Of a stretch of DNA of 64,000 nt, positions 48,652-58,131 are shown in pieces; the stretch's first letter is position 1, and each line of letters opens with the position of its first letter. The stretch covers positions 1 to 64,000 of the forward strand of contig JAWLHK010000007.1 in assembly GCA_041690355.1 (NCBI GenBank), read 5' to 3'. A program made the translations under genes and the position numbers. This stretch comes from a bacterium (GTDB taxonomy: Bacteria > J088 > JAWLBW01). Under the pieces are notes generated by a model. That model worked only from the letters and a program-made list of their open reading frames with translations, was not told the origin of the DNA and did not search any database.

Positions 48652-50064
48652 ATGCCCAACACCGCATTTGATCTGGTCGTCATCGGCGGCGGGCCGGGCG
48701 GCTACGCCGCCGCATTCCGCGCCGCCGATCACGGACTGAAGACGGCCATCGTGGAACTGGACGACCGGCTGGGCGGCGTCTGCCTGCTGCGCGGCTGCAT
48801 TCCGAGCAAGGCCCTGCTGCACGCCGCCCAGGTCATTCACGAGACACAGGAGATGGCGGCATGGGGGCTCAAGTTCCCGCGCCCCCAGATCGATCTGGAC
48901 GCCCTGCGCGACAAGAAGGAGACCATCGTCGACAAGCTCTCGCGCGGCACGGGAACGCTTGCCAAGCTGCGCAACGTGAGCATCATTCACGGGCGGGCGC
49001 GCTTTCTGGACCGCAACCGCCTGTCGGTGCTCGGCGGCGAGAAGCCGACCGAGGTGCGGTTCAAGAACGCCATCATCGCGACCGGCTCGCGGCCGGTCAT
49101 TCCCCGCACGCTCTACATCGACGATGAACGCTGGTTCGACTCCACGCGCGCCCTCGATCTTCCCTTCATCCCCGAACGCCTCCTGGTCATCGGCGGCGGC
49201 TATATCGGCATGGAGCTGGGGACCGTCTATGAAGCGCTGGGGAGCAAGGTCACCGTCGTCGAGGGGCTCGATCGCATCCTCAACACGGCCGATCCCGATC
49301 TCGCCCGCCACGTGGCCAAGCGGGCCCAGGCGCGGTTTCAGGCCGTGCGCACGAACACGAAGGTCGAAGGGTTGCGCGCCGAGAAGACCGGCATCGTCGT
49401 GACCCTGCGCGGCCCCGGCGCCGGCGAAGACGAGAAGGAAGAGGCGGAGTTCGACGCCGTGCTCGTCTCGGTCGGCCGCCGCCCGAACAGCGAAGACCTG
49501 GGGCTCGAGACCACGCGCGTGCGCATCAACGACAAAGGCTTCATCGAGGTCGACCGGCAGATGCGCACGGGCGAAGCCAACATCTTCGCCATCGGCGACG
49601 TCGCGGGCGAGCCCATGCTCGCCCACAAGGCCAGCCACGAGGGGTTCACGGCCGTCGGCGCCATCGTGGGCGGCGAGGCGCTCTGGGACAAGAAGGCCGT
49701 TCCGGCGGTCGTCTTCACCGATCCCGAGCTCGCCTGGTGCGGAAAGACGGAAGCAGAGGCGAAGGAAGAGGGGCTCGACGTGAAGGTCCTGCGCTTTCCC
49801 TGGTCGGCCTCGGGGCGCGCGACGACCCTCGACCGTAACGACGGCGTCACGAAGCTCGTCTGCGACGCCGAGAGCGGCCGGGTCATCGGCGTGGGGATCG
49901 CGGGCACCAATGCCGGCGAGCTGATCAGCGAAGGGGTGCTCGCCGTCGAAATGGGCGCCGTCGCCGAAGACATCGCCGGCAGCATCCACCCCCATCCCAC
50001 CCTGAGCGAAACGCTGATGGAAGCGGCCGAGATGTTCGCGGGGCACGCCACCCACCATCGATGA
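48652..50064 (+). CDS. lpdA: Dihydrolipoyl dehydrogenase E3
   Basis: GGGPGGY, GGVCLLRGCIPSK, HPHPTLSE. Confidence 0.95.
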   Translation: MPNTAFDLVVIGGGPGGYAAAFRAADHGLKTAIVELDDRLGGVCLLRGCIPSKALLHAAQVIHETQEMAAWGLKFPRPQIDLDALRDKKETIVDKLSRGTGTLAKLRNVSIIHGRARFLDRNRLSVLGGEKPTEVRFKNAIIATGSRPVIPRTLYIDDERWFDSTRALDLPFIPERLLVIGGGYIGMELGTVYEALGSKVTVVEGLDRILNTADPDLARHVAKRAQARFQAVRTNTKVEGLRAEKTGIVVTLRGPGAGEDEKEEAEFDAVLVSVGRRPNSEDLGLETTRVRINDKGFIEVDRQMRTGEANIFAIGDVAGEPMLAHKASHEGFTAVGAIVGGEALWDKKAVPAVVFTDPELAWCGKTEAEAKEEGLDVKVLRFPWSASGRATTLDRNDGVTKLVCDAESGRVIGVGIAGTNAGELISEGVLAVEMGAVAEDIAGSIHPHPTLSETLMEAAEMFAGHATHHR

Positions 50065-50191
50065 GCCGCTCCCCCGGCCGCGCCCGACTGCCGCGCCCGA
50101 GTGGAAGGGCGCGGCCGGGCGTGCCATGCTGTAGAGGGAGCCGCACCGGGCGCGCGCTCCCTTTCCGCGTTTCCCCTCGGCCACCCTGCGC

Positions 50192-50842
50192 ATGATTCGA
50201 ACGCTGCACCTCACCCTCGACGATCCCGCCGACAACCTCGCGCTGGAAGAGCGCCTGCTGGCCCGCGCAGAACAGGAAGGAGGGCCTCAGGTCCTCCGCA
50301 CCTGGGAATCGGCGGTCCCCTTTGTCGTTCTCGGCCTCTCCTGCCGCGAAGAAGCCGACGTGAATCTGGCTGCCTGCCGCGAAGACGGCGTCCCCGTCCT
50401 GCGCCGGAAGAGCGGCGGGGGAACGGTTCTCCAGGGGCCGGGCAGCTTCAGCTACGCCCTCATCCTGCACCAGGACACCGATCCGGCGCTGCGCTCCATC
50501 GGCGGCGCGAACGAGTGGGTGCTCTCGCGCATCGCCGACCAGCTGCGGCTGCACGACGTTCCGGCCGAGATCCGGGGCATCAGCGACCTGGCCGTCGGCG
50601 GGCGAAAAATTTCGGGGAACGCGCAGCGGCGCAAAAAGGACTGGATTCTCTTTCACGGCACGCTTCTGCACGGGATGCCGGCCGAGCAGATCGCCCGGTA
50701 TCTGCGCATGCCCCCCCGGCAACCCGACTACCGGGCCGACCGCGCGCACCAGGACTTTCTGACGACCCTCCCGCTCGGTCCCGACAAGCTCGTCGAGATT
50801 CTCGAAGCCGCCTTCGGCGCCTTCTCACCGCTGGGGCTGTAA
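50192..50842 (+). CDS. Lipoate-protein ligase family, catalytic domain only
   Basis: NLALEE, RRKSGGGTV, RKISGNAQ, HGTLL. Confidence 0.85.
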   Translation: MIRTLHLTLDDPADNLALEERLLARAEQEGGPQVLRTWESAVPFVVLGLSCREEADVNLAACREDGVPVLRRKSGGGTVLQGPGSFSYALILHQDTDPALRSIGGANEWVLSRIADQLRLHDVPAEIRGISDLAVGGRKISGNAQRRKKDWILFHGTLLHGMPAEQIARYLRMPPRQPDYRADRAHQDFLTTLPLGPDKLVEILEAAFGAFSPLGL

Positions 50843-50869
50843 CGGCCGTTCCGCAGAAGCGGGCGAACT

Positions 50870-51775
50870 TCAGCTGCCGATCCCGGCGATGACGGCCGCC
50901 GCGGCCATCGCCCACAGGGCCGCGGTCGCCAGCAGCGGCCGATCGGTCAGCAGGGTGTCGGTCGGATTCGCCGCTTCGTTGCGATGGTAGACCAGATACT
51001 GGTAGCGGAAAACGCCGTAGAGGACGAAGGGGAAGGTCAGGAGCATGCCGCGGCCGAAGCGCGCTTCGGTTTCGGGCGCGACGCAGTACATGAGGTACGA
51101 GATGACCGTCAGGGCGGTCACGAGCCCCATCATCTGATCCAGAAACGGCTCGCTGTACTCCTCGAGCACCCGGCGGGTCTCGGTGCTCGGGAGCGTCAAT
51201 TCGTGCCGGCGCTTGGAGAAGCCCAGAAAGAGCGCGAGCATCGAGGTGCAGACGAGCAGCCACGTCGACGGCTGCACGGCAATGGCGGCCGCCCCTGCCT
51301 CGACCCGCAGGACGAAGCCGGCGGCGATGATGATGACATCGAGAATGACCTGGTGCTTGAGCTTCAGGCTGTAGAGGACGTTGAGTCCGAAATAGGCGAG
51401 CAGAATGAGCGCGAGCGGCGGCGCGACGAACCACGCCCCCCCCACGCCGATCAGGAGCAGCAGCACGAGAGCCACATACGCCAGGGGAACCGGCAGCGCC
51501 CCCGAGGCGATCGGGCGCAGGCGTTTCTTCGGATGCGCCCGGTCGGCCTCGACGTCGACGATGTCGTTCAGCAGATAGACGGCGCTGGCCGCGGCCGAGA
51601 AGGCCGCGAAGGCCGCGGCGGACGCCAGGGCCGTGGGCGCTTCGAAAAGGCGCCCCGCGAAGAGCGCCGGCGCAAAGACGAAGCCGTTCTTCACCCACTG
51701 CTGGGGCCGCATGCAGCGCAGCAGCCCCGCGAGGGACGACGCGGGAGACCTTCGGCTCGAAACAACCGTATCCAT
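50870..51775 (-). CDS. UbiA family decaprenyl-phosphate phosphoribosyltransferase-like protein
   Basis: RPQQWVKN, NDIVDVEADRAHPKKRLRPIASG, KRRHEL. Confidence 0.85.
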   Translation of the reverse strand: MDTVVSSRRSPASSLAGLLRCMRPQQWVKNGFVFAPALFAGRLFEAPTALASAAAFAAFSAAASAVYLLNDIVDVEADRAHPKKRLRPIASGALPVPLAYVALVLLLLIGVGGAWFVAPPLALILLAYFGLNVLYSLKLKHQVILDVIIIAAGFVLRVEAGAAAIAVQPSTWLLVCTSMLALFLGFSKRRHELTLPSTETRRVLEEYSEPFLDQMMGLVTALTVISYLMYCVAPETEARFGRGMLLTFPFVLYGVFRYQYLVYHRNEAANPTDTLLTDRPLLATAALWAMAAAAVIAGIGS

Positions 51776-51857
51776 GAGCATTCCATGATAGCCCAAGCGC
51801 TCGTGGAATGCCCGCGCGCGACCGCCGCCCGGCGGCCCCATTCAGCCTGCAGATCGC

Positions 51858-53243
51858 TCAGGCCGCCCGGCCGTAGCGATCCTGAAGGCGTACGACGTCG
51901 TCGAGCTGCGGCGTGCTGACCTCGAGAATTTCACAGTCGGCTTCGGCTTCCATCTGGTGCACGGTGCGCGGCCGGATGTGGAAGCTCTCGCCCGGTTTCA
52001 TCCGCCTCTCGCTCAGCGCCTCAGGGGCCGGCCCGTGACGGAAGCGCAGCTGCCCGCGGAGCACGTAGATGGTTTCGTCTTTCTCGCGATGGTACTGCAG
52101 ACTCAGGCTTTCGCCGGCGCGGATGAAAAGAATCTTGCCGACGTAGCCGTGCGTGTGCGCCCAGATGAGCTCGGCCCCCCAGGGCTTCTCGACCCGCTTC
52201 GGCAGCGGCTGGACGCCCCCCTTGCGCCCCGCGGGCGTCATCGATTTCGCGATGCGCCCGACGTCCTGACCGTGCCCCTTCTTGAGCACAAGCAGGCCTT
52301 CGTCGCTGTCGACGATCAGGATGTCCTGCAGGCCGACGACGGCGACGGGGCGTTGCGAAAGGACGTCGACCCCGTCTGACATCGCATCGACGGTCGGCGG
52401 CAGTAGTCGGCCGTCGGCGCGGAGAAAGGTCGCCACGGCCTCCCAGGTGCCGACGTCGCTCCAGCCGAACGACGCAGGAACCATCAGGACGTTGGCGGCC
52501 TTCTCGAGAATCCCGTAGTCGACCGAGACCCCGACCGACTCTTCGAAACGCTCCTGAAACTCCTGCCAGGGACGGGCGGCGAGGGTCGCCACCTCGGGCA
52601 GATACTGCCAGACGGCGCGCAGGATCGTTCCCGCCTGCCACACGAAGACGCCGCTGTTCCAGTAGTGATCGCCGGCGGCCATGAAGGCCCGGGCCCGTTC
52701 GGCATCGGGTTTCTCGGTGAAGCGCACGACGGGCGCCACGCCGTCATCGACGGCGCCGGCCTGAATGTAGCCGTATCCGGTTTCGGGGGCGGTCGGCACG
52801 AGCCCCAGCGTTATGAGCGCATCCGCTTCGGCGGCACGCAGGGCCGTCCGCAGGGCGGCGCGAAACGCTTCGGGATCGGTGACGTGATGATCGGCCGGAA
52901 GGACGATCATGCGCGTCTCGGGCCCCAGCCGATCTCGCAGATAGGCGGCGGCAAGCGCAATTGCGGGCGCCGTATTGCGGCCGACCGGCTCCGAGAGAAC
53001 CTCGACCTGATCGGCGTCGAGCCCGAGCTCCCGCAGCTGCGCATCGGTCTCCATGCGCTGCTCGGCGCCCGTCAGAATGAGGATGCGATCGACGTGCAGG
53101 TCACGGATGCGCTCCACCGTCTGCTGCAGCAGCGTACGCTGGCCGAACAGGCGCAGAAACTGCTTGGGCGCTCCCGGCTGACTCAGCGGCCAGAGCCGCG
53201 TGCCTGAACCCCCCGCGAGTATGACAGCAACGACTTTCCCCAT
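51858..53243 (-). CDS. manC: Mannose-1-phosphate guanylyltransferase with C-terminal cupin (copy 1)
   Basis: LAGGSGTRLWPLS, EPVGRNTAPA, EKPD, WNSG, WSDVGTW, KPWG..LSLQYH. Confidence 0.88.
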   Translation of the reverse strand: MGKVVAVILAGGSGTRLWPLSQPGAPKQFLRLFGQRTLLQQTVERIRDLHVDRILILTGAEQRMETDAQLRELGLDADQVEVLSEPVGRNTAPAIALAAAYLRDRLGPETRMIVLPADHHVTDPEAFRAALRTALRAAEADALITLGLVPTAPETGYGYIQAGAVDDGVAPVVRFTEKPDAERARAFMAAGDHYWNSGVFVWQAGTILRAVWQYLPEVATLAARPWQEFQERFEESVGVSVDYGILEKAANVLMVPASFGWSDVGTWEAVATFLRADGRLLPPTVDAMSDGVDVLSQRPVAVVGLQDILIVDSDEGLLVLKKGHGQDVGRIAKSMTPAGRKGGVQPLPKRVEKPWGAELIWAHTHGYVGKILFIRAGESLSLQYHREKDETIYVLRGQLRFRHGPAPEALSERRMKPGESFHIRPRTVHQMEAEADCEILEVSTPQLDDVVRLQDRYGRAA

Positions 53244-53323
53244 GCATCTCCTTCAGGGCGCCCGGCGCCCACAGCAAGCTCGAGGTTGATAAGGCAGAAT
53301 CGGCGCACGACGAAACAACGCCA

Positions 53324-54280
53324 TCAGGCGGCCCGCCGCCTGCCGGTGGCGGGCCGTTCGCCGCCATGCTCGACGTACCATTGATAAGTCTCGGCGATCC
53401 CTTCGCGAAGACCGATGCGCGGCCGCCATCCCAGGGCACCGAGGCGGCCGACGTGAAGCAGCTTTCGCGGCGTGCCGTCCGGCTTACCGGCGTCCCAGAA
53501 GATGGGACCGCGGTGGCCGGCGATCTCCTGCACGACCAGGGCCAGATCGCGAATGGCGATGTCTTCTCCGGTCCCCAGGTTGATGAGGTCGTTAGCGTCT
53601 GCGTGCAGCATGAGATGGACGCATGCGTCGGCCGCGTCGTCGGCGTGCAGAAACTCCCGGCGCGGCGCGCCGCTCCCCCAGAGGATCACCGGACGATCGG
53701 GGAGCGCTTCGTGGAACTTTCGGATGAGAGCCGGAAGTACATGGCTCTCTTCCGGGTCGAAGTTGTCGCCCGGACCGTACAGATTCGTCGGCATGGCGCA
53801 CAGGAACTTCGTCCCCAGCTGCCGGTTGTAGGCGCGGCACATCGTAATCCCGGCAATCTTGGCGACCGCATAGGGTTCGTTCGTCGACTCGATCCGGCCC
53901 GTGAGCAGATACTCCTCGCGGATCGGCTGGGCGCAATCGCGCGGATAGATGCAGGACGAACCGAGAAACAGGAGCTTGTGCACCCCGAAGGCCGCCGCCG
54001 CGTCGATGACGTTGGTCTGAATCTGAAGATTATCGCGGATGAATTCCGCCGGCCGCGTCTGGTTGGCCCAGATGCCGCCGACGCGGGCGGCCGCGAGAAA
54101 GACGTATTCGGGCTTGTCCCGCTGAAAGAGCCGGTCGACCTTGGCGCGGTCGCGCAGATCGACTTCGGCCGAAGACCGCAGGATGAGATTCCGGTAGCCC
54201 AGCGCCGTGAGGCGCCGCGCGATGGCAGAGCCGACCAGGCCCCGATGCCCGGCCACGAAGATCCGGCTGTTGAACTGCAT
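53324..54280 (-). CDS. fcl: GDP-L-fucose synthase (copy 1)
   Basis: [43 protein letters not shown]. Confidence 0.93.
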   Translation of the reverse strand: MQFNSRIFVAGHRGLVGSAIARRLTALGYRNLILRSSAEVDLRDRAKVDRLFQRDKPEYVFLAAARVGGIWANQTRPAEFIRDNLQIQTNVIDAAAAFGVHKLLFLGSSCIYPRDCAQPIREEYLLTGRIESTNEPYAVAKIAGITMCRAYNRQLGTKFLCAMPTNLYGPGDNFDPEESHVLPALIRKFHEALPDRPVILWGSGAPRREFLHADDAADACVHLMLHADANDLINLGTGEDIAIRDLALVVQEIAGHRGPIFWDAGKPDGTPRKLLHVGRLGALGWRPRIGLREGIAETYQWYVEHGGERPATGRRRAA

Positions 54281-54394
54281 GCCTCCCCCTTCTCTGCCCT
54301 CAGGCTAGCACGGGGCGAGGGGCGCGCCGGCAAGGCGCACCCGGAGGGAGGGAGAACAAACTGGAGCCCCCTTGACAACGGGGGCCGGCGCGCC

Positions 54395-54423
54395 ATTCCT
54401 GATTCTTGATTCTTGATTCCTGA
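54395..54423. repeat. ATTCYTG heptamer array (4 units)
   Basis: ATTCCTG ATTCTTG ATTCTTG ATTCCTG. Confidence 0.9.
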
Positions 54424-54459
54424 CGAAGCAAGGGCAGGAAGAGTGCCGGCCGAAAAAGT

Positions 54460-55839
54460 TCAGCGGCCGTAGCGGTCGAGCAGGCGCACCACGTCTTCGA
54501 GCTGCGGGGTGCTCACCTCGAGCACGCGGCAGTCTTCGACGGCTTCCATCTGGTGCACGGTTTTGGTGCGGATGTGGAAACTCTCGCCCGGCTGCATGAT
54601 CCGCTCTTCCAGGTGGTCGGGATCGGTGCCGAAGCGGAAGCGCAGCGAGCCCGTCAGCACGTGAATCGTCTCGTCCTTCTCGCGGTGATACTGCACGCTG
54701 AGACTCTCGCCCTTGCGGATGGTCAGCGTCTTGCCGACATACGACGGCGTTTCAGCCCAGATGAGTTCCTCGCCCCACGGTTTCGGAACGACGCGGGGGA
54801 GCCGGGCTTCTTCGGGGGGCGTCTCGGCGAGTTCGGCCATGGCGCGCGCAACGGCTCCCACGTCCTGCCCCTTGCCCTTGCGCATGATGAGCAGCCCCTC
54901 GTCACCGTCGATGACGAGCACGTCTTCGAGGCCGATGACGGCGACCGGACGGCGCGAGTAGACGTCGACCGACTCCGATTCCACTTCGACCGCGGGCCGG
55001 TTCATGCGGCCGTCGGCGCGCAGGAAGCCGGCCACCGAATCCCACGTACCGACATCGCTCCACGCGAAGCGGGCGGGAACCATGCGGACGTTATCCGCCT
55101 TCTCGAGAACGGCGTAGTCGATGGAGATCTTCGGCAGTTCGGCAAAGCGCGTCTGCAGGTCGGCAGCCGGAAGCGACCAGAGCGCCGACTCTTCGGGCAG
55201 GTAGCGGCGCAGCGCATCGAGAATGGCCCCGGCCTTCCAGAGAAACATGCCGCTGTTCCAGTAGTAATCCCCTGCGGCGAGGTACTGGGTGGCGCGCTCG
55301 AAATCCGGCTTTTCCACGAATGCGCGCACGACGGCCGCGTTCGACTCGACAGGGCCCGCGTGGATGTACCCGTAGCCGGTTTCGGGACCGGTGGGCTGGA
55401 TGCCGAGGGTCACGAGCACGTCTTCGCGGGCGACTTCGAGCGCGGCCTGCAGCGTCGCGAAAAACTGCGCCCGGTCGCCGATGTGATGATCCGCCGGAAG
55501 CACGACCATCCGCGCGTCGTCACCGAATCGTTCGCGCACGAACGCGGCGGCCAGGCCGATGGCCGGCGCGGTGTTGCGGGCGACCGGCTCGGCCAGCACA
55601 GTGGCGCGTTCCTGCAGCCCCAGCTCGCGGATCTGCGCGACGGTCTCCAGGCGGAGACTCTCACCGGTGACGACCACCAGGTGCGCGTAGTCCAGATCGG
55701 CCACGCGACGCACGGTCTCCTGCAGCAGGGTGTGCTCGCCGAACAGCTTCAGGAACTGCTTCGGGGTATCGGGCCGGCTGAGGGGCCACAGGCGCGTACC
55801 GGAACCGCCGGCGAGAATGACAGGGACTACGGACGACAT
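54460..55839 (-). CDS. manC: Mannose-1-phosphate guanylyltransferase with C-terminal cupin (copy 2)
   Basis: Same motifs as copy 1; start MSSVVPV after a GAGG SD. Confidence 0.88.
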   Translation of the reverse strand: MSSVVPVILAGGSGTRLWPLSRPDTPKQFLKLFGEHTLLQETVRRVADLDYAHLVVVTGESLRLETVAQIRELGLQERATVLAEPVARNTAPAIGLAAAFVRERFGDDARMVVLPADHHIGDRAQFFATLQAALEVAREDVLVTLGIQPTGPETGYGYIHAGPVESNAAVVRAFVEKPDFERATQYLAAGDYYWNSGMFLWKAGAILDALRRYLPEESALWSLPAADLQTRFAELPKISIDYAVLEKADNVRMVPARFAWSDVGTWDSVAGFLRADGRMNRPAVEVESESVDVYSRRPVAVIGLEDVLVIDGDEGLLIMRKGKGQDVGAVARAMAELAETPPEEARLPRVVPKPWGEELIWAETPSYVGKTLTIRKGESLSVQYHREKDETIHVLTGSLRFRFGTDPDHLEERIMQPGESFHIRTKTVHQMEAVEDCRVLEVSTPQLEDVVRLLDRYGR

Positions 55840-55880
55840 GGAATAATCCTCTCTGGCCCGTTCACTGTACCATCCCGGCG

Positions 55881-57092
55881 TTACCCCTGACCAAGCGTGG
55901 CCGGGGGAACTGCGTCCGACGCGCGCCGCGCCGCGAGCCGAATTCCACCCGGCCGCCCGAGCCAGAAGACTGAAAGCCCGAACCACGCCCACGTAAGGAT
56001 GTCGTCGAGGCGCAAAGGGGACCACGCCGAAAACCAGAAGATTCCGAGGAGCATGGTCAGGCCGAGGCGGGCCGCCGTGGAATCGGCGGCGGCGCGCAGG
56101 AGCCAGGGGAAGAAGAAGAGGAGAATTCCGAGGCGGTAGTCGAAATGATTCCCCAGCACAAAGACCCCCGCGAACAGCCCGGCGCCCATCATGGCGAGAA
56201 CGCCGTCGAGCGGGCGCTCTGCCGGGGGGACGAAGAACGACGTCCGCATGCGGCGGGCCAGCGCCAGGGCGACGACGGCGACAATGGCGGCAAGCACTGC
56301 GGAAACTGCGGAAAGATACGCGGCGTCGACGCGAAGGATCTCGAGGAGCCGGGCGGGGAGCACGCGCGAGCCGAACGAGAACCAGGTCGCCCGGGGAACG
56401 GCGGCGCCGATCAGGCGGATATCTTCCAGATTGACGACGACGTAGACGCCGAAGGCCAGCGCCAGAACCATGCCCAGCCGGAGGGCCCATTCGCGCGGAA
56501 TCTGCCGCAGGGCGCTCGCGCCGAAGATGGGAAACAGCTTCAGGGCCCCGGCCGTGAAGAGAATGGCCGTTCCGGTTCCGTAGCGGGAACGCGAGAGGGC
56601 GCGTCCGGCCAGAATCAGCACGGTGAACATGAGGATATCGATATTCCCCCGTTCGACCCCGAGCATGATGGGCGGCGAAAGCAGCGCCGCCCCGAACAGA
56701 AGCCCCTGCCACCAGAGGAGCGGACCGGCCATCCACAGGACCGCCGCAAGAAACAGCGCCCCGAGGACGACGCCGACGGGGTTCGTGTGCGCGACCGTGA
56801 GCCCGGCACCCTGCCAGATGGAAATCCAGACGCGTGGATAGTTCATGCGCCGCTTCCACGGATCGCAGGGGTTCGTGCGCAGGACGTCGAGCCCGCGGGC
56901 GGCACACTCGGCTCCCGTGCTGATGTTCCGCAGATCGGCAAATGCGGGAGAGCGGGTCGGCACGCCCATGCGGTCCCAGGCGCGCAGCTCCGGACGCAGC
57001 ACGTGCCCGTAAAGCACGATGCCGAAGTAGATCAGCAGCATCGCCAGGGCAATCAGGCGGCCATCCAGGAATTTACGATTGACGATTGACAA
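55881..57092 (-). CDS. Multi-pass membrane protein, GT-C fold glycosyltransferase (GT87/DUF2029-like)
   Basis: FADL, MNYP, ERGNID, LKLFP motifs and many transmembrane segments; true start uncertain because the first codons (SIVNR) come from the heptamer array. Confidence 0.65.
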   Translation of the reverse strand: MSIVNRKFLDGRLIALAMLLIYFGIVLYGHVLRPELRAWDRMGVPTRSPAFADLRNISTGAECAARGLDVLRTNPCDPWKRRMNYPRVWISIWQGAGLTVAHTNPVGVVLGALFLAAVLWMAGPLLWWQGLLFGAALLSPPIMLGVERGNIDILMFTVLILAGRALSRSRYGTGTAILFTAGALKLFPIFGASALRQIPREWALRLGMVLALAFGVYVVVNLEDIRLIGAAVPRATWFSFGSRVLPARLLEILRVDAAYLSAVSAVLAAIVAVVALALARRMRTSFFVPPAERPLDGVLAMMGAGLFAGVFVLGNHFDYRLGILLFFFPWLLRAAADSTAARLGLTMLLGIFWFSAWSPLRLDDILTWAWFGLSVFWLGRPGGIRLAARRASDAVPPATLGQG

Positions 57093-57105
57093 TTGACGAT
57101 TTACG
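57070..57105. repeat. TTGACGA heptamer array (5 units)
   Basis: TTTACGA TTGACGA TTGACAA TTGACGA TTTACG; contains the stop codon of fcl copy 2. Confidence 0.9.
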
Positions 57106-58027
57106 GGACGGACGTCTCATGCTGCAGGAACCATTCGTAGGCCGAGCGGATGCCTTCGCGCAGCGGAATGCGGTGTTTCCAGCCGAGGGCGTGGAGGCGA
57201 TCGACGTTGAGCAGCTTGCGCGGCGTGCCGTCGGGCTTGCTCGTATCCCAGACGAGCTCGCCCCTGTGCCCGACGACCTCCTGCACGAGCTCGGCCAGTT
57301 CGCGGATGGTCACGTCTTCACCGGTGCCGATGTTGACGATGTCCGACCCCTCGTAGGTCTCCATGAGGTGCACGCAGGCGTCGGCCAGGTCGTCGGCGTG
57401 CAGGAATTCCCGCCGCGGCGCGCCGGTGCCCCACACGGTCACCGGCCGGTCGGGAAGCGCCTCGTGAAACTTGCGTATCAGGGCCGGGAGCACGTGGCTC
57501 GTCTGCAGATCGAAATTGTCATTCGGCCCGTAGAGGTTCGTCGGCATGACGCTCAGGAAGCGCGTCCCATGCTGCCGATTGTACGACTGGCACATGACGA
57601 TGCCTGCGATTTTCGCTACGGCATACGGCTCGTTGGTCTTCTCGAGCGGACCCGTCAACAGATATTCCTCGCGGATGGGCTGGGGGCAGTCGCGCGGATA
57701 GATGCAGGACGATCCGAGGAACAGAAGCTTCTGCACGCCGTGTCGCCACGCCGCATCGATGATGTTCGTCTCGATCAGCAGATTGTCGCGGATGAAGTCT
57801 GCCGGGTAGGTGTTGTTCGCCAGAATTCCGCCGACCTTCGCGGCGGCCACGTAGACCTGCTCCGGCTTCTCGGCGGCAAAGAAGGCCTCGACGGCGGCGG
57901 CGTCGCGCAGATCCAGTTCCGCCGACGTCCGCAGCAGCAGCCGGTCATGGCCGCGCGCCATCAGATTGCGCACGAGCGCCGAGCCGACGAGTCCGCGGTG
58001 GCCGGCAATAAAGATCCGAGAAGTCAT
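57101..58027 (-). CDS. fcl: GDP-L-fucose synthase (copy 2)
   Basis: [39 protein letters not shown]. Confidence 0.94.
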   Translation of the reverse strand: MTSRIFIAGHRGLVGSALVRNLMARGHDRLLLRTSAELDLRDAAAVEAFFAAEKPEQVYVAAAKVGGILANNTYPADFIRDNLLIETNIIDAAWRHGVQKLLFLGSSCIYPRDCPQPIREEYLLTGPLEKTNEPYAVAKIAGIVMCQSYNRQHGTRFLSVMPTNLYGPNDNFDLQTSHVLPALIRKFHEALPDRPVTVWGTGAPRREFLHADDLADACVHLMETYEGSDIVNIGTGEDVTIRELAELVQEVVGHRGELVWDTSKPDGTPRKLLNVDRLHALGWKHRIPLREGIRSAYEWFLQHETSVP

Positions 58028-58056
58028 CAGTCGTAAGTCGTAAGTCGTAAGTCGGT
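58022..58056. repeat. AGTCGTA heptamer array (5 units), left arm of the four-helix-bundle cassette
   Basis: AGTCATC AGTCGTA AGTCGTA AGTCGTA AGTCGGT; the first unit contains the fcl start codon. Confidence 0.9.
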
Positions 58057-58094
58057 AAAAAAACCGGGGGAATATTCATATTGCTGCTTTTTCG

Positions 58095-58124
58095 TTGACA
58101 TTTCCACGGACCCTGCACTATAAG
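58095..58124 (+). promoter_or_regulatory. Near-consensus sigma70 promoter of the four-helix-bundle gene (probably leaderless)
   Basis: TTGACA-18 bp-TATAAG ending 7 nt before ATG 58132. Confidence 0.6.
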
Positions 58125-58131
58125 AGGCGGT

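Noticed and set aside
54460-56907. 815-aa ORF suggesting an N-terminally fused ManC; likewise the long track versions of thpR, aceE, wecB and the phosphoesterase
   Set aside because: The extensions are low-complexity Arg/Pro/Ala read-through overlapping other genes; internal starts with an SD, a -10 element or a stop overlap fit better.
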